Positions 1-15,000 of a stretch of DNA of 64,000 bases are shown piece by piece (position 1 is the stretch's first letter; each line of letters starts with the position of its first letter). The notes under the pieces are model-generated. The model had not been told where the DNA came from. It ran no database searches and worked only from the letters and a program-made list of their open reading frames with translations. This DNA is from Nitrospirota bacterium (GTDB lineage: Bacteria; Nitrospirota; Nitrospiria; Nitrospirales; Nitrospiraceae), in NCBI GenBank assembly GCA_963701855.1, contig CAVPBK010000006.1:1184001-1248000 (forward strand). The letters run 5' to 3'. The translations under genes and the position numbers were made by a program.

Positions 1-3000
1 CAGATGGCGGAAATCCTCGCCGGTCGTACAGGCATCGACGCAATCCATCTGATCGGCGATGGCACCGAAGCCGAGATGCATCTCGGCGCGAGCTTCCTGA
101 CGCAAGATTCGATCAGCACGACCTACGCTGAACAGTTTCAACAGATCGGTCGGAGCTTGTCGGCAAACGCTGACCTCCTGATCTACGGCTGTAACTTTGG
201 CCAGGGCGTGGACGGGCAACTGGCCATAAACAAGTTGGCCGACCTCACCGGCGCCGATGTGGCCGCGAGCACGGATCGTACAGGTAGTGCCGCTGAGTAT
301 GCAGACTGGAAACTGGAAGTCTCCACCGGAGCGATTGAGACCTCAGTGGTGATCAGCGCCAGCACGCAGGCGGCCTGGGAGCATGCGTTGGCGACGTTCA
401 CCGTCACCAATACGAACGATTCGGGTGCCGGATCGCTCCGTCAGGAGATCCTAGTTGCCAACGCGGCCGGAGGCACCGACACGATTGTATTCAACATCGC
501 CGGAGCGGGTGTACATACGATCAATCTGGCCTCCGCTCTGCCGACGATCACGGACAAGGTCACGATCGACGGCTACACGGAGGCGGGCTCATCGGTCAAT
601 ACGCTGTCGGTCGGTGATAATGCAGTCCTCACCATTGAACTCAACGGCACCGGCGCCGGCAGCGCCAATGGACTCTGGCTTGGCGCCGGCAGTGATGGCA
701 GCACGATCCGCGGCCTGGTCATCAATCGGTTCAGCCTCGATGGTATTCAGATCGACAGCACCGGCAACCTAATCGTCGGCAACTGGATCGGTGTCGATAA
801 CACTGGAACCCTGGACTTCGGCAATGGCGTAGACGGCATCACCAACAGCGCAAACAACAACACGATCGGAACGTCAGCCGTCGCAGATCGCAATGTGCTG
901 TCGGGCAACGACGACGAGGGGGTGGACGTCGATCCCGGAATAACGGGGATCGTGATTCAAGGGAATTACATTGGGACGAACGCGATGGGGACAGCGGCGG
1001 TGCCCAACGGAGATCTGGCAAATGCCAATTCTGGCGGTGTCTTATTGGGAGGGGACGGTACCGTCTTTGGCGGCTCGTTACCCGGCCAAGGAAACCTCGT
1101 GTCCGGGAACCTTATTGACGGCATCCTTATCGACGGTATCGGGAACGACGTGGTCTACGGCAATTTGATCGGCACCAATGCCGCCGGTACGGCAGGCATC
1201 GCGAACAGCGGGCCCGGCATATGGATTAATGGAGGAAGCAACAGTAGCATCGGAGGCACCGCTGCCGGACAAGGAAACACGATTGCCTACAACACCGACG
1301 ACGGTATCCAGATTGCGCCAGCGACCTCCACGGGCAACGTCATTCTTGGTAACTCAATCTTTGCAAACACTGGCCTGGGAATTGACCTGGGCAATAACGG
1401 CGTCACGGCCAACGATGCGGGTGACGGCGACACAGGAGCCAACAACCTGCAAAACTTCCCGGTGCTGACGTCCGCACAAATATCCGCCTCCCAGGTGACG
1501 GTCGCGGGCTCGTTAAACAGCACGGCCAACAGCCAATTCCGCGTTGAGTTCTTCAGCGACAGTGCCCAGGACCCAACCGGCTACGGCCAAGGCCGGACCT
1601 ATCTGGGCTTCGTTAACGTCACAACCAACGGGAGCGGCAACGCCAACTTCAACACGACGTTGGCGGCCACCGTTCCCGCCGACAGCTATGTCACCGCCAC
1701 TGCCACCAGAAGTAATGCCACGTTTACAGCCTTCACCAATACCTCTGAGTTCGCCCAAGATCGCGTGGCAACGTACACCCCGATTGTAGATCTTAACTCC
1801 GGGCCGGCGATAGTTACCACCGGCCCGGTCGTGGTATCGACGACGACGTCGACGACCAACCTGGTATCAAGCGGAAATTTCGGAACAGTCGCAAACGGCA
1901 CTCCTCCGGCTCCGTGGGTAGAATCCGGGACTGCCGGGAACGGGTCAGTCGTCCTTGCGGCGGGGAATGGGCGCTATGACTGGGTTGATGGGAACGCAAC
2001 TGGGACCACCATCACCCAAGCGCTGACGATTCCGGCAAGTACGTCGAACAGCACGGTGTCGACGACCAATACGGCTACCAGCACGAGTGTCGTCACAACG
2101 ACAGTCGATACCGTGGACGCTATTACGTCCATTTCGTTTGATATGGCCTGGCAGAACACTGATGTGACCGGATCAAACAACAATAATACACTCATTATTT
2201 CTTATAACGGCGTCACGTATGCCACATTCGAGACGTTCCAGCGCGGCACTGCCAACGCTGCGGGACTTGTAGGCAATTGGACCTATTCCAACGGTGCTAC
2301 GGGCCCCGCCACGACGCTTTCGGTCACGGATGAGGTGACAGGCGCAATGACGCCCATCACTATCAATCTCCCAGCTGGGATAACGGTGTCCAGCTCTCTC
2401 CAGTTCCGCTACACGATTGGGTCTACTGGAACAGGATCCGACGATCTGGCTATTGACAATGTGGTCGCCACCAGCACGAAGACCACGACCACCTCGGTTA
2501 CCACTGTCACCACCACAGCAGACACGGCCGACAACAACTGGACAGCGACCTACACAGAGAACGGCCCAGCCGTCTCGATCGCCGATACCGATAGCTCGAT
2601 CTTCGACAGTAACAGTACAAATATTGTGAGCGCCGCGATTACACTCACCAATCCGGCTGCAGGGGATCGTTTGCTCGTCAACGGTTCGGCTGCTGCCAGC
2701 GGCACCTTGGCAAGCGGCATAGCCTGGACGCGCACGGACACGGCAGTCACGCTGTCCGGTTCGTTCACCAAGGCTCAATATGCCGATGCCATCGAGTTCA
2801 TTCAGTTCGAGAACACGACCGACACACCTTCGACGACACCGCGTACCATCAATGTTACGGTCAATGACGGCACTTCCAACTCAAATACGGCAATTGCGAC
2901 GTTGACCGTGACGGCGGTGAACGACGCGCCGGTGGTGGACCTGAACGCCGCGGGGGCGGGCCAGGATGTGACGACGGCGTTTACGGAACAGACGCCGGTG

Positions 3001-6000
3001 CTGATTGCCCCGGTGGGGACACTGACCGATGTGGACTCGGCGAACCTGACCTCGTTAACGGTGACGCTCACGACGCGGCCGGATGGCAATGCGGTGGAGT
3101 CGCTCTCACTCAATGCGGCGGCGACGGCGGCGGCCGCCGGGGCGGGCTTGACGGTGAGCTACACGCCCGCGTCGGGACTGCTCTCGATCACGGGTGCGGC
3201 CACGAAGGCGGTGTACCAGACGATCCTGCAGGGCATTCTCTACAACGACACGAGTGACACGCCGACCACGAGCAACCGCTCGATCACCGTGGTGGCGAAC
3301 GACGGCACGACGGCGAGCGCGACGCAGACGGTGACGTTGACCGTGACGGCGGTGAACGACGCGCCGGTGGTGGACCTGAACGCCGCGGGGGCGGGCCAGG
3401 ATGTGACGACGGCGTTTACGGAACAGACGCCGGTGCTGATTGCCCCGGTGGGGACACTGACCGATGTGGACTCGGCGAACCTGACCTCGTTAACGGTGAC
3501 GCTCACGACGCGGCCGGATGGCAATGCGGTGGAGTCGCTCTCACTCAATGCGGCGGCGACGGCGGCGGCCGCCGGGGCGGGCTTGACGGTGAGCTACACG
3601 CCCGCGTCGGGACTGCTCTCGATCACGGGTGCGGCCACGAAGGCGGTGTACCAGACGATCCTGCAGGGCATTCTCTACAACGACACGAGTGACACGCCGA
3701 CCACGAGCAACCGCTCGATCACCGTGGTGGCGAACGACGGCACGACGGCGAGCGCGACGCAGACGGTGACGTTGACCGTGACGGCGGTGAACGACGCGCC
3801 GGTGGTGGACCTGAACGCCGCGGGGGCGGGCCAGGATGTGACGACGGCGTTTACGGAACAGACGCCGGTGCTGATTGCCCCGGTGGGGACACTGACCGAT
3901 GTGGACTCGGCGAACCTGACCTCGTTAACGGTGACGCTCACGACGCGGCCGGATGGCAATGCGGTGGAGTCGCTCTCACTCAATGCGGCGGCGACGGCGG
4001 CGGCCGCCGGGGCGGGCTTGACGGTGAGCTACACGCCCGCGTCGGGACTGCTCTCGATCACGGGTGCGGCCACGAAGGCGGTGTACCAGACGATCCTGCA
4101 GGGCATTCTCTACAACGACACGAGTGACACGCCGACCACGAGCAACCGCTCGATCACCGTGGTGGCGAACGACGGCACGACGGCGAGCGCGACGCAGACG
4201 GTGACGTTGACCGTGACGGCGGTGAACGACGCGCCGGTGGTGGACCTGAACGCCGCGGGGGCGGGCCAGGATGTGACGACGGCGTTTACGGAACAGACGC
4301 CGGTGCTGATTGCCCCGGTGGGGACACTGACCGATGTGGACTCGGCGAACCTGACCTCGTTAACGGTGACGCTCACGACGCGGCCGGATGGCAATGCGGT
4401 GGAGTCGCTCTCACTCAATGCGGCGGCGACGGCGGCGGCCGCCGGGGCGGGCTTGACGGTGAGCTACACGCCCGCGTCGGGACTGCTCTCGATCACGGGT
4501 GCGGCCACGAAGGCGGTGTACCAGACGATCCTGCAGGGCATTCTCTACAACGACACGAGTGACACGCCGACCACGAGCAACCGCTCGATCACCGTGGTGG
4601 CGAACGACGGCACGACGGCGAGCGCGACGCAGACGGTGACGTTGACCGTGACGGCGGTGAACGACGCGCCGGTGGTGGACCTGAACGCCGCGGGGGCGGG
4701 CCAGGATGTGACGACGGCGTTTACGGAACAGACGCCGGTGCTGATTGCCCCGGTGGGGACACTGACCGATGTGGACTCGGCGAACCTGACCTCGTTAACG
4801 GTGACGCTCACGACGCGGCCGGATGGCAATGCGGTGGAGTCGCTCTCACTCAATGCGGCGGCGACGGCGGCGGCCGCCGGGGCGGGCTTGACGGTGAGCT
4901 ACACGCCCGCGTCGGGACTGCTCTCGATCACGGGTGCGGCCACGAAGGCGGTGTACCAGACGATCCTGCAGGGCATTCTCTACAACGACACGAGTGACAC
5001 GCCGACCACGAGCAACCGCTCGATCACCGTGGTGGCGAACGACGGCACGACGGCGAGCGCGACGCAGACGGTGGCGTTGACGGTGACGCCGGTGAACGAT
5101 GCGCCGGTGAACACGGTGCCGGGGCCGCAGACGGTGGCCGAGGATACGGCGCTGGCGCTCGGCGGGGTGAGCGTCACGGATGTGGACGGCAACCTGAGCA
5201 CGGTGCAGCTGGGGGTGGCGAACGGGACGGTGACGGTGAGCCTGGTGGGCGGCGCGACGATCAGTGCGGGGGCGAACGGCACGGGCACGCTGACCTTGGC
5301 GGGCACGGCGGCGCAGATCAACGCGGCCCTGGGGACGCTGGCCTATCAAGGCAATCTGAACTTCAATGGCAGCGACGTGCTCACGGTGACGAGCAGCGAT
5401 GGCACGCTCACCGACGTGGACACGGTGGCGTTGACGGTGACGCCGGTGAACGATGCGCCGGTGAACACGGTGCCGGGGCCGCAGACGGTGGCCGAGGATA
5501 CGGCGCTGGCGCTCGGCGGGGTGAGCGTCACGGATGTGGACGGCAACCTGAGCACGGTGCAGCTGGGGGTGGCGAACGGGACGGTGACGGTGAGCCTGGT
5601 GGGCGGCGCGACGATCAGTGCGGGGGCGAACGGCACGGGCACGCTGACCTTGGCGGGCACGGCGGCGCAGATCAACGCGGCCCTGGGGACGCTGGCCTAT
5701 CAAGGCAATCTGAACTTCAATGGCAGCGACGTGCTCACGGTGACGAGCAGCGATGGCACGCTCACCGACGTGGACACGGTGGCGTTGACGGTGACGCCGG
5801 TGAACGATGCGCCGGTGAACACGGTGCCGGGGCCGCAGACGGTGGCCGAGGATACGGCGCTGGCGCTCGGCGGGGTGAGCGTCACGGATGTGGACGGCAA
5901 CCTGAGCACGGTGCAGCTGGGGGTGGCGAACGGGACGGTGACGGTGAGCCTGGTGGGCGGCGCGACGATCAGTGCGGGGGCGAACGGCACGGGCACGCTG

Positions 6001-9000
6001 ACCTTGGCGGGCACGGCGGCGCAGATCAACGCGGCCCTGGGGACGCTGGCCTATCAAGGCAATCTGAACTTCAATGGCAGCGACGTGCTCACGGTGACGA
6101 GCAGCGATGGCACGCTCACCGACGTGGACACGGTGGCGTTGACGGTGACGCCGGTGAACGATGCGCCGGTGAACACGGTGCCGGGGCCGCAGACGGTGGC
6201 CGAGGATACGGCGCTGGCGCTCGGCGGGGTGAGCGTCACGGATGTGGACGGCAACCTGAGCACGGTGCAGCTGGGGGTGGCGAACGGGACGGTGACGGTG
6301 AGCCTGGTGGGCGGCGCGACGATCAGTGCGGGGGCGAACGGCACGGGCACGCTGACCTTGGCGGGCACGGCGGCGCAGATCAACGCGGCCCTGGGGACGC
6401 TGGCCTATCAAGGCAATCTGAACTTCAATGGCAGCGACGTGCTCACGGTGACGAGCAGCGATGGCACGCTCACCGACGTGGACACGGTGGCGTTGACGGT
6501 GACGCCGGTGAACGATGCGCCGGTGAACACGGTGCCGGGGCCGCAGACGGTGGCCGAGGATACGGCGCTGGCGCTCGGCGGGGTGAGCGTCACGGATGTG
6601 GACGGCAACCTGAGCACGGTGCAGCTGGGGGTGGCGAACGGGACGGTGACGGTGAGCCTGGTGGGCGGCGCGACGATCAGTGCGGGGGCGAACGGCACGG
6701 GCACGCTGACCTTGGCGGGCACGGCGGCGCAGATCAACGCGGCCCTGGGGACGCTGGCCTATCAAGGCAATCTGAACTTCAATGGCAGCGACGTGCTCAC
6801 GGTGACGAGCAGCGATGGCACGCTCACCGACGTGGACACGGTGGCGTTGACGGTGACGCCGGTGAACGATGCGCCGGTGAACACGGTGCCGGGGCCGCAG
6901 ACGGTGGCCGAGGATACGGCGCTGGCGCTCGGCGGGGTGAGCGTCACGGATGTGGACGGCAACCTGAGCACGGTGCAGCTGGGGGTGGCGAACGGGACGG
7001 TGACGGTGAGCCTGGTGGGCGGCGCGACGATCAGTGCGGGGGCGAACGGCACGGGCACGCTGACCTTGGCGGGCACGGCGGCGCAGATCAACGCGGCCCT
7101 GGGGACGCTGGCCTATCAAGGCAATCTGAACTTCAATGGCAGCGACGTGCTCACGGTGACGAGCAGCGATGGCACGCTCACCGACGTGGACACGGTGGCG
7201 TTGACGGTGACGCCGGTGAACGATGCGCCGGTGAACACGGTGCCGGGGCCGCAGACGGTGGCCGAGGATACGGCGCTGGCGCTCGGCGGGGTGAGCGTCA
7301 CGGATGTGGACGGCAACCTGAGCACGGTGCAGCTGGGGGTGGCGAACGGGACGGTGACGGTGAGCCTGGTGGGCGGCGCGACGATCAGTGCGGGGGCGAA
7401 CGGCACGGGCACGCTGACCTTGGCGGGCACGGCGGCGCAGATCAACGCGGCCCTGGGGACGCTGGCCTATCAAGGCAATCTGAACTTCAATGGCAGCGAC
7501 GTGCTCACGGTGACGAGCAGCGATGGCACGCTCACCGACGTGGACACGGTGGCGTTGACGGTGACGCCGGTGAACGATGCGCCGGTGAACACGGTGCCGG
7601 GGCCGCAGACGGTGGCCGAGGATACGGCGCTGGCGCTCGGCGGGGTGAGCGTCACGGATGTGGACGGCAACCTGAGCACGGTGCAGCTGGGGGTGGCGAA
7701 CGGGACGGTGACGGTGAGCCTGGTGGGCGGCGCGACGATCAGTGCGGGGGCGAACGGCACGGGCACGCTGACCTTGGCGGGCACGGCGGCGCAGATCAAC
7801 GCGGCCCTGGGGACGCTGGCCTATCAAGGCAATCTGAACTTCAATGGCAGCGACGTGCTCACGGTGACGAGCAGCGATGGCACGCTCACCGACGTGGACA
7901 CGGTGGCGTTGACGGTGACGCCGGTGAACGATGCGCCGGTGAACACGGTGCCGGGGCCGCAGACGGTGGCCGAGGATACGGCGCTGGCGCTCGGCGGGGT
8001 GAGCGTCACGGATGTGGACGGCAACCTGAGCACGGTGCAGCTGGGGGTGGCGAACGGGACGGTGACGGTGAGCCTGGTGGGCGGCGCGACGATCAGTGCG
8101 GGGGCGAACGGCACGGGCACGCTGACCTTGGCGGGCACGGCGGCGCAGATCAACGCGGCCCTGGGGACGCTGGCCTATCAAGGCAATCTGAACTTCAATG
8201 GCAGCGACGTGCTCACGGTGACGAGCAGCGATGGCACGCTCACCGACGTGGACACGGTGGCGTTGACGGTGACGCCGGTGAACGATGCGCCGGTGAACAC
8301 GGTGCCGGGGCCGCAGACGGTGGCCGAGGATACGGCGCTGGCGCTCGGCGGGGTGAGCGTCACGGATGTGGACGGCAACCTGAGCACGGTGCAGCTGGGG
8401 GTGGCGAACGGGACGGTGACGGTGAGCCTGGTGGGCGGCGCGACGATCAGTGCGGGGGCGAACGGCACGGGCACGCTGACCTTGGCGGGCACGGCGGCGC
8501 AGATCAACGCGGCCCTGGGGACGCTGGCCTATCAAGGCAATCTGAACTTCAATGGCAGCGACGTGCTCACGGTGACGAGCAGCGATGGCACGCTCACCGA
8601 CGTGGACACGGTGGCGTTGACGGTGACGCCGGTGAACGATGCGCCGGTGAACACGGTGCCGGGGCCGCAGACGGTGGCCGAGGATACGGCGCTGGCGCTC
8701 GGCGGGGTGAGCGTCACGGATGTGGACGGCAACCTGAGCACGGTGCAGCTGGGGGTGGCGAACGGGACGGTGACGGTGAGCCTGGTGGGCGGCGCGACGA
8801 TCAGTGCGGGGGCGAACGGCACGGGCACGCTGACCTTGGCGGGCACGGCGGCGCAGATCAACGCGGCCCTGGGGACGCTGGCCTATCAAGGCAATCTGAA
8901 CTTCAATGGCAGCGACGTGCTCACGGTGACGAGCAGCGATGGCACGCTCACCGACGTGGACACGGTGGCGTTGACGGTGACGCCGGTGAACGATGCGCCG

Positions 9001-12000
9001 GTGAACACGGTGCCGGGGCCGCAGACGGTGGCCGAGGATACGGCGCTGGCGCTCGGCGGGGTGAGCGTCACGGATGTGGACGGCAACCTGAGCACGGTGC
9101 AGCTGGGGGTGGCGAACGGGACGGTGACGGTGAGCCTGGTGGGCGGCGCGACGATCAGTGCGGGGGCGAACGGCACGGGCACGCTGACCTTGGCGGGCAC
9201 GGCGGCGCAGATCAACGCGGCCCTGGGGACGCTGGCCTATCAAGGCAATCTGAACTTCAATGGCAGCGACGTGCTCACGGTGACGAGCAGCGATGGCACG
9301 CTCACCGACGTGGACACGGTGGCGTTGACGGTGACGCCGGTGAACGATGCGCCGGTGAACACGGTGCCGGGGCCGCAGACGGTGGCCGAGGATACGGCGC
9401 TGGCGCTCGGCGGGGTGAGCGTCACGGATGTGGACGGCAACCTGAGCACGGTGCAGCTGGGGGTGGCGAACGGGACGGTGACGGTGAGCCTGGTGGGCGG
9501 CGCGACGATCAGTGCGGGGGCGAACGGCACGGGCACGCTGACCTTGGCGGGCACGGCGGCGCAGATCAACGCGGCCCTGGGGACGCTGGCCTATCAAGGC
9601 AATCTGAACTTCAATGGCAGCGACGTGCTCACGGTGACGAGCAGCGATGGCACGCTCACCGACGTGGACACGGTGGCGTTGACGGTGACGCCGGTGAACG
9701 ATGCGCCGGTGAACACGGTGCCGGGGCCGCAGACGGTGGCCGAGGATACGGCGCTGGCGCTCGGCGGGGTGAGCGTCACGGATGTGGACGGCAACCTGAG
9801 CACGGTGCAGCTGGGGGTGGCGAACGGGACGGTGACGGTGAGCCTGGTGGGCGGCGCGACGATCAGTGCGGGGGCGAACGGCACGGGCACGCTGACCTTG
9901 GCGGGCACGGCGGCGCAGATCAACGCGGCCCTGGGGACGCTGGCCTATCAAGGCAATCTGAACTTCAATGGCAGCGACGTGCTCACGGTGACGAGCAGCG
10001 ATGGCACGCTCACCGACGTGGACACGGTGGCGTTGACGGTGACGCCGGTGAACGATGCGCCGGTGAACACGGTGCCGGGGCCGCAGACGGTGGCCGAGGA
10101 TACGGCGCTGGCGCTCGGCGGGGTGAGCGTCACGGATGTGGACGGCAACCTGAGCACGGTGCAGCTGGGGGTGGCGAACGGGACGGTGACGGTGAGCCTG
10201 GTGGGCGGCGCGACGATCAGTGCGGGGGCGAACGGCACGGGCACGCTGACCTTGGCGGGCACGGCGGCGCAGATCAACGCGGCCCTGGGGACGCTGGCCT
10301 ATCAAGGCAATCTGAACTTCAATGGCAGCGACGTGCTCACGGTGACGAGCAGCGATGGCACGCTCACCGACGTGGACACGGTGGCGTTGACGGTGACGCC
10401 GGTGAACGATGCGCCGGTGAACACGGTGCCGGGGCCGCAGACGGTGGCCGAGGATACGGCGCTGGCGCTCGGCGGGGTGAGCGTCACGGATGTGGACGGC
10501 AACCTGAGCACGGTGCAGCTGGGGGTGGCGAACGGGACGGTGACGGTGAGCCTGGTGGGCGGCGCGACGATCAGTGCGGGGGCGAACGGCACGGGCACGC
10601 TGACCTTGGCGGGCACGGCGGCGCAGATCAACGCGGCCCTGGGGACGCTGGCCTATCAAGGCAATCTGAACTTCAATGGCAGCGACGTGCTCACGGTGAC
10701 GAGCAGCGATGGCACGCTCACCGACGTGGACACGGTGGCGTTGACGGTGACGCCGGTGAACGATGCGCCGGTGAACACGGTGCCGGGGCCGCAGACGGTG
10801 GCCGAGGATACGGCGCTGGCGCTCGGCGGGGTGAGCGTCACGGATGTGGACGGCAACCTGAGCACGGTGCAGCTGGGGGTGGCGAACGGGACGGTGACGG
10901 TGAGCCTGGTGGGCGGCGCGACGATCAGTGCGGGGGCGAACGGCACGGGCACGCTGACCTTGGCGGGCACGGCGGCGCAGATCAACGCGGCCCTGGGGAC
11001 GCTGGCCTATCAAGGCAATCTGAACTTCAATGGCAGCGACGTGCTCACGGTGACGAGCAGCGATGGCACGCTCACCGACGTGGACACGGTGGCGTTGACG
11101 GTGACGCCGGTGAACGATGCGCCGGTGAACACGGTGCCGGGGCCGCAGACGGTGGCCGAGGATACGGCGCTGGCGCTCGGCGGGGTGAGCGTCACGGATG
11201 TGGACGGCAACCTGAGCACGGTGCAGCTGGGGGTGGCGAACGGGACGGTGACGGTGAGCCTGGTGGGCGGCGCGACGATCAGTGCGGGGGCGAACGGCAC
11301 GGGCACGCTGACCTTGGCGGGCACGGCGGCGCAGATCAACGCGGCCCTGGGGACGCTGGCCTATCAAGGCAATCTGAACTTCAATGGCAGCGACGTGCTC
11401 ACGGTGACGAGCAGCGATGGCACGCTCACCGACGTGGACACGGTGGCGTTGACGGTGACGCCGGTGAACGATGCGCCGGTGAACACGGTGCCGGGGCCGC
11501 AGACGGTGGCCGAGGATACGGCGCTGGCGCTCGGCGGGGTGAGCGTCACGGATGTGGACGGCAACCTGAGCACGGTGCAGCTGGGGGTGGCGAACGGGAC
11601 GGTGACGGTGAGCCTGGTGGGCGGCGCGACGATCAGTGCGGGGGCGAACGGCACGGGCACGCTGACCTTGGCGGGCACGGCGGCGCAGATCAACGCGGCC
11701 CTGGGGACGCTGGCCTATCAAGGCAATCTGAACTTCAATGGCAGCGACGTGCTCACGGTGACGAGCAGCGATGGCACGCTCACCGACGTGGACACGGTGG
11801 CGTTGACGGTGACGCCGGTGAACGATGCGCCGGTGAACACGGTGCCGGGGCCGCAGACGGTGGCCGAGGATACGGCGCTGGCGCTCGGCGGGGTGAGCGT
11901 CACGGATGTGGACGGCAACCTGAGCACGGTGCAGCTGGGGGTGGCGAACGGGACGGTGACGGTGAGCCTGGTGGGCGGCGCGACGATCAGTGCGGGGGCG

Positions 12001-15000
12001 AACGGCACGGGCACGCTGACCTTGGCGGGCACGGCGGCGCAGATCAACGCGGCCCTGGGGACGCTGGCCTATCAAGGCAATCTGAACTTCAATGGCAGCG
12101 ACGTGCTCACGGTGACGAGCAGCGATGGCACGCTCACCGACGTGGACACGGTGGCGTTGACGGTGACGCCGGTGAACGATGCGCCGGTGAACACGGTGCC
12201 GGGGCCGCAGACGGTGGCCGAGGATACGGCGCTGGCGCTCGGCGGGGTGAGCGTCACGGATGTGGACGGCAACCTGAGCACGGTGCAGCTGGGGGTGGCG
12301 AACGGGACGGTGACGGTGAGCCTGGTGGGCGGCGCGACGATCAGTGCGGGGGCGAACGGCACGGGCACGCTGACCTTGGCGGGCACGGCGGCGCAGATCA
12401 ACGCGGCCCTGGGGACGCTGGCCTATCAAGGCAATCTGAACTTCAATGGCAGCGACGTGCTCACGGTGACGAGCAGCGATGGCACGCTCACCGACGTGGA
12501 CACGGTGGCGTTGACGGTGACGCCGGTGAACGATGCGCCGGTGAACACGGTGCCGGGGCCGCAGACGGTGGCCGAGGATACGGCGCTGGCGCTCGGCGGG
12601 GTGAGCGTCACGGATGTGGACGGCAACCTGAGCACGGTGCAGCTGGGGGTGGCGAACGGGACGGTGACGGTGAGCCTGGTGGGCGGCGCGACGATCAGTG
12701 CGGGGGCGAACGGCACGGGCACGCTGACCTTGGCGGGCACGGCGGCGCAGATCAACGCGGCCCTGGGGACGCTGGCCTATCAAGGCAATCTGAACTTCAA
12801 TGGCAGCGACGTGCTCACGGTGACGAGCAGCGATGGCACGCTCACCGACGTGGACACGGTGGCGTTGACGGTGACGCCGGTGAACGATGCGCCGGTGAAC
12901 ACGGTGCCGGGGCCGCAGACGGTGGCCGAGGATACGGCGCTGGCGCTCGGCGGGGTGAGCGTCACGGATGTGGACGGCAACCTGAGCACGGTGCAGCTGG
13001 GGGTGGCGAACGGGACGGTGACGGTGAGCCTGGTGGGCGGCGCGACGATCAGTGCGGGGGCGAACGGCACGGGCACGCTGACCTTGGCGGGCACGGCGGC
13101 GCAGATCAACGCGGCCCTGGGGACGCTGGCCTATCAAGGCAATCTGAACTTCAATGGCAGCGACGTGCTCACGGTGACGAGCAGCGATGGCACGCTCACC
13201 GACGTGGACACGGTGGCGTTGACGGTGACGCCGGTGAACGATGCGCCGGTGAACACGGTGCCGGGGCCGCAGACGGTGGCCGAGGATACGGCGCTGGCGC
13301 TCGGCGGGGTGAGCGTCACGGATGTGGACGGCAACCTGAGCACGGTGCAGCTGGGGGTGGCGAACGGGACGGTGACGGTGAGCCTGGTGGGCGGCGCGAC
13401 GATCAGTGCGGGGGCGAACGGCACGGGCACGCTGACCTTGGCGGGCACGGCGGCGCAGATCAACGCGGCCCTGGGGACGCTGGCCTATCAAGGCAATCTG
13501 AACTTCAATGGCAGCGACGTGCTCACGGTGACGAGCAGCGATGGCACGCTCACCGACGTGGACACGGTGGCGTTGACGGTGACGCCGGTGAACGATGCGC
13601 CGGTGAACACGGTGCCGGGGCCGCAGACGGTGGCCGAGGATACGGCGCTGGCGCTCGGCGGGGTGAGCGTCACGGATGTGGACGGCAACCTGAGCACGGT
13701 GCAGCTGGGGGTGGCGAACGGGACGGTGACGGTGAGCCTGGTGGGCGGCGCGACGATCAGTGCGGGGGCGAACGGCACGGGCACGCTGACCTTGGCGGGC
13801 ACGGCGGCGCAGATCAACGCGGCCCTGGGGACGCTGGCCTATCAAGGCAATCTGAACTTCAATGGCAGCGACGTGCTCACGGTGACGAGCAGCGATGGCA
13901 CGCTCACCGACGTGGACACGGTGGCGTTGACGGTGACGCCGGTGAACGATGCGCCGGTGAACACGGTGCCGGGGCCGCAGACGGTGGCCGAGGATACGGC
14001 GCTGGCGCTCGGCGGGGTGAGCGTCACGGATGTGGACGGCAACCTGAGCACGGTGCAGCTGGGGGTGGCGAACGGGACGGTGACGGTGAGCCTGGTGGGC
14101 GGCGCGACGATCAGTGCGGGGGCGAACGGCACGGGCACGCTGACCTTGGCGGGCACGGCGGCGCAGATCAACGCGGCCCTGGGGACGCTGGCCTATCAAG
14201 GCAATCTGAACTTCAATGGCAGCGACGTGCTCACGGTGACGAGCAGCGATGGCACGCTCACCGACGTGGACACGGTGGCGTTGACGGTGACGCCGGTGAA
14301 CGATGCGCCGGTGAACACGGTGCCGGGGCCGCAGACGGTGGCCGAGGATACGGCGCTGGCGCTCGGCGGGGTGAGCGTCACGGATGTGGACGGCAACCTG
14401 AGCACGGTGCAGCTGGGGGTGGCGAACGGGACGGTGACGGTGAGCCTGGTGGGCGGCGCGACGATCAGTGCGGGGGCGAACGGCACGGGCACGCTGACCT
14501 TGGCGGGCACGGCGGCGCAGATCAACGCGGCCCTGGGGACGCTGGCCTATCAAGGCAATCTGAACTTCAATGGCAGCGACGTGCTCACGGTGACGAGCAG
14601 CGATGGCACGCTCACCGACGTGGACACGGTGGCGTTGACGGTGACGCCGGTGAACGATGCGCCGGTGAACACGGTGCCGGGGCCGCAGACGGTGGCCGAG
14701 GATACGGCGCTGGCGCTCGGCGGGGTGAGCGTCACGGATGTGGACGGCAACCTGAGCACGGTGCAGCTGGGGGTGGCGAACGGGACGGTGACGGTGAGCC
14801 TGGTGGGCGGCGCGACGATCAGTGCGGGGGCGAACGGCACGGGCACGCTGACCTTGGCGGGCACGGCGGCGCAGATCAACGCGGCCCTGGGGACGCTGGC
14901 CTATCAAGGCAATCTGAACTTCAATGGCAGCGACGTGCTCACGGTGACGAGCAGCGATGGCACGCTCACCGACGTGGACACGGTGGCGTTGACGGTGACG

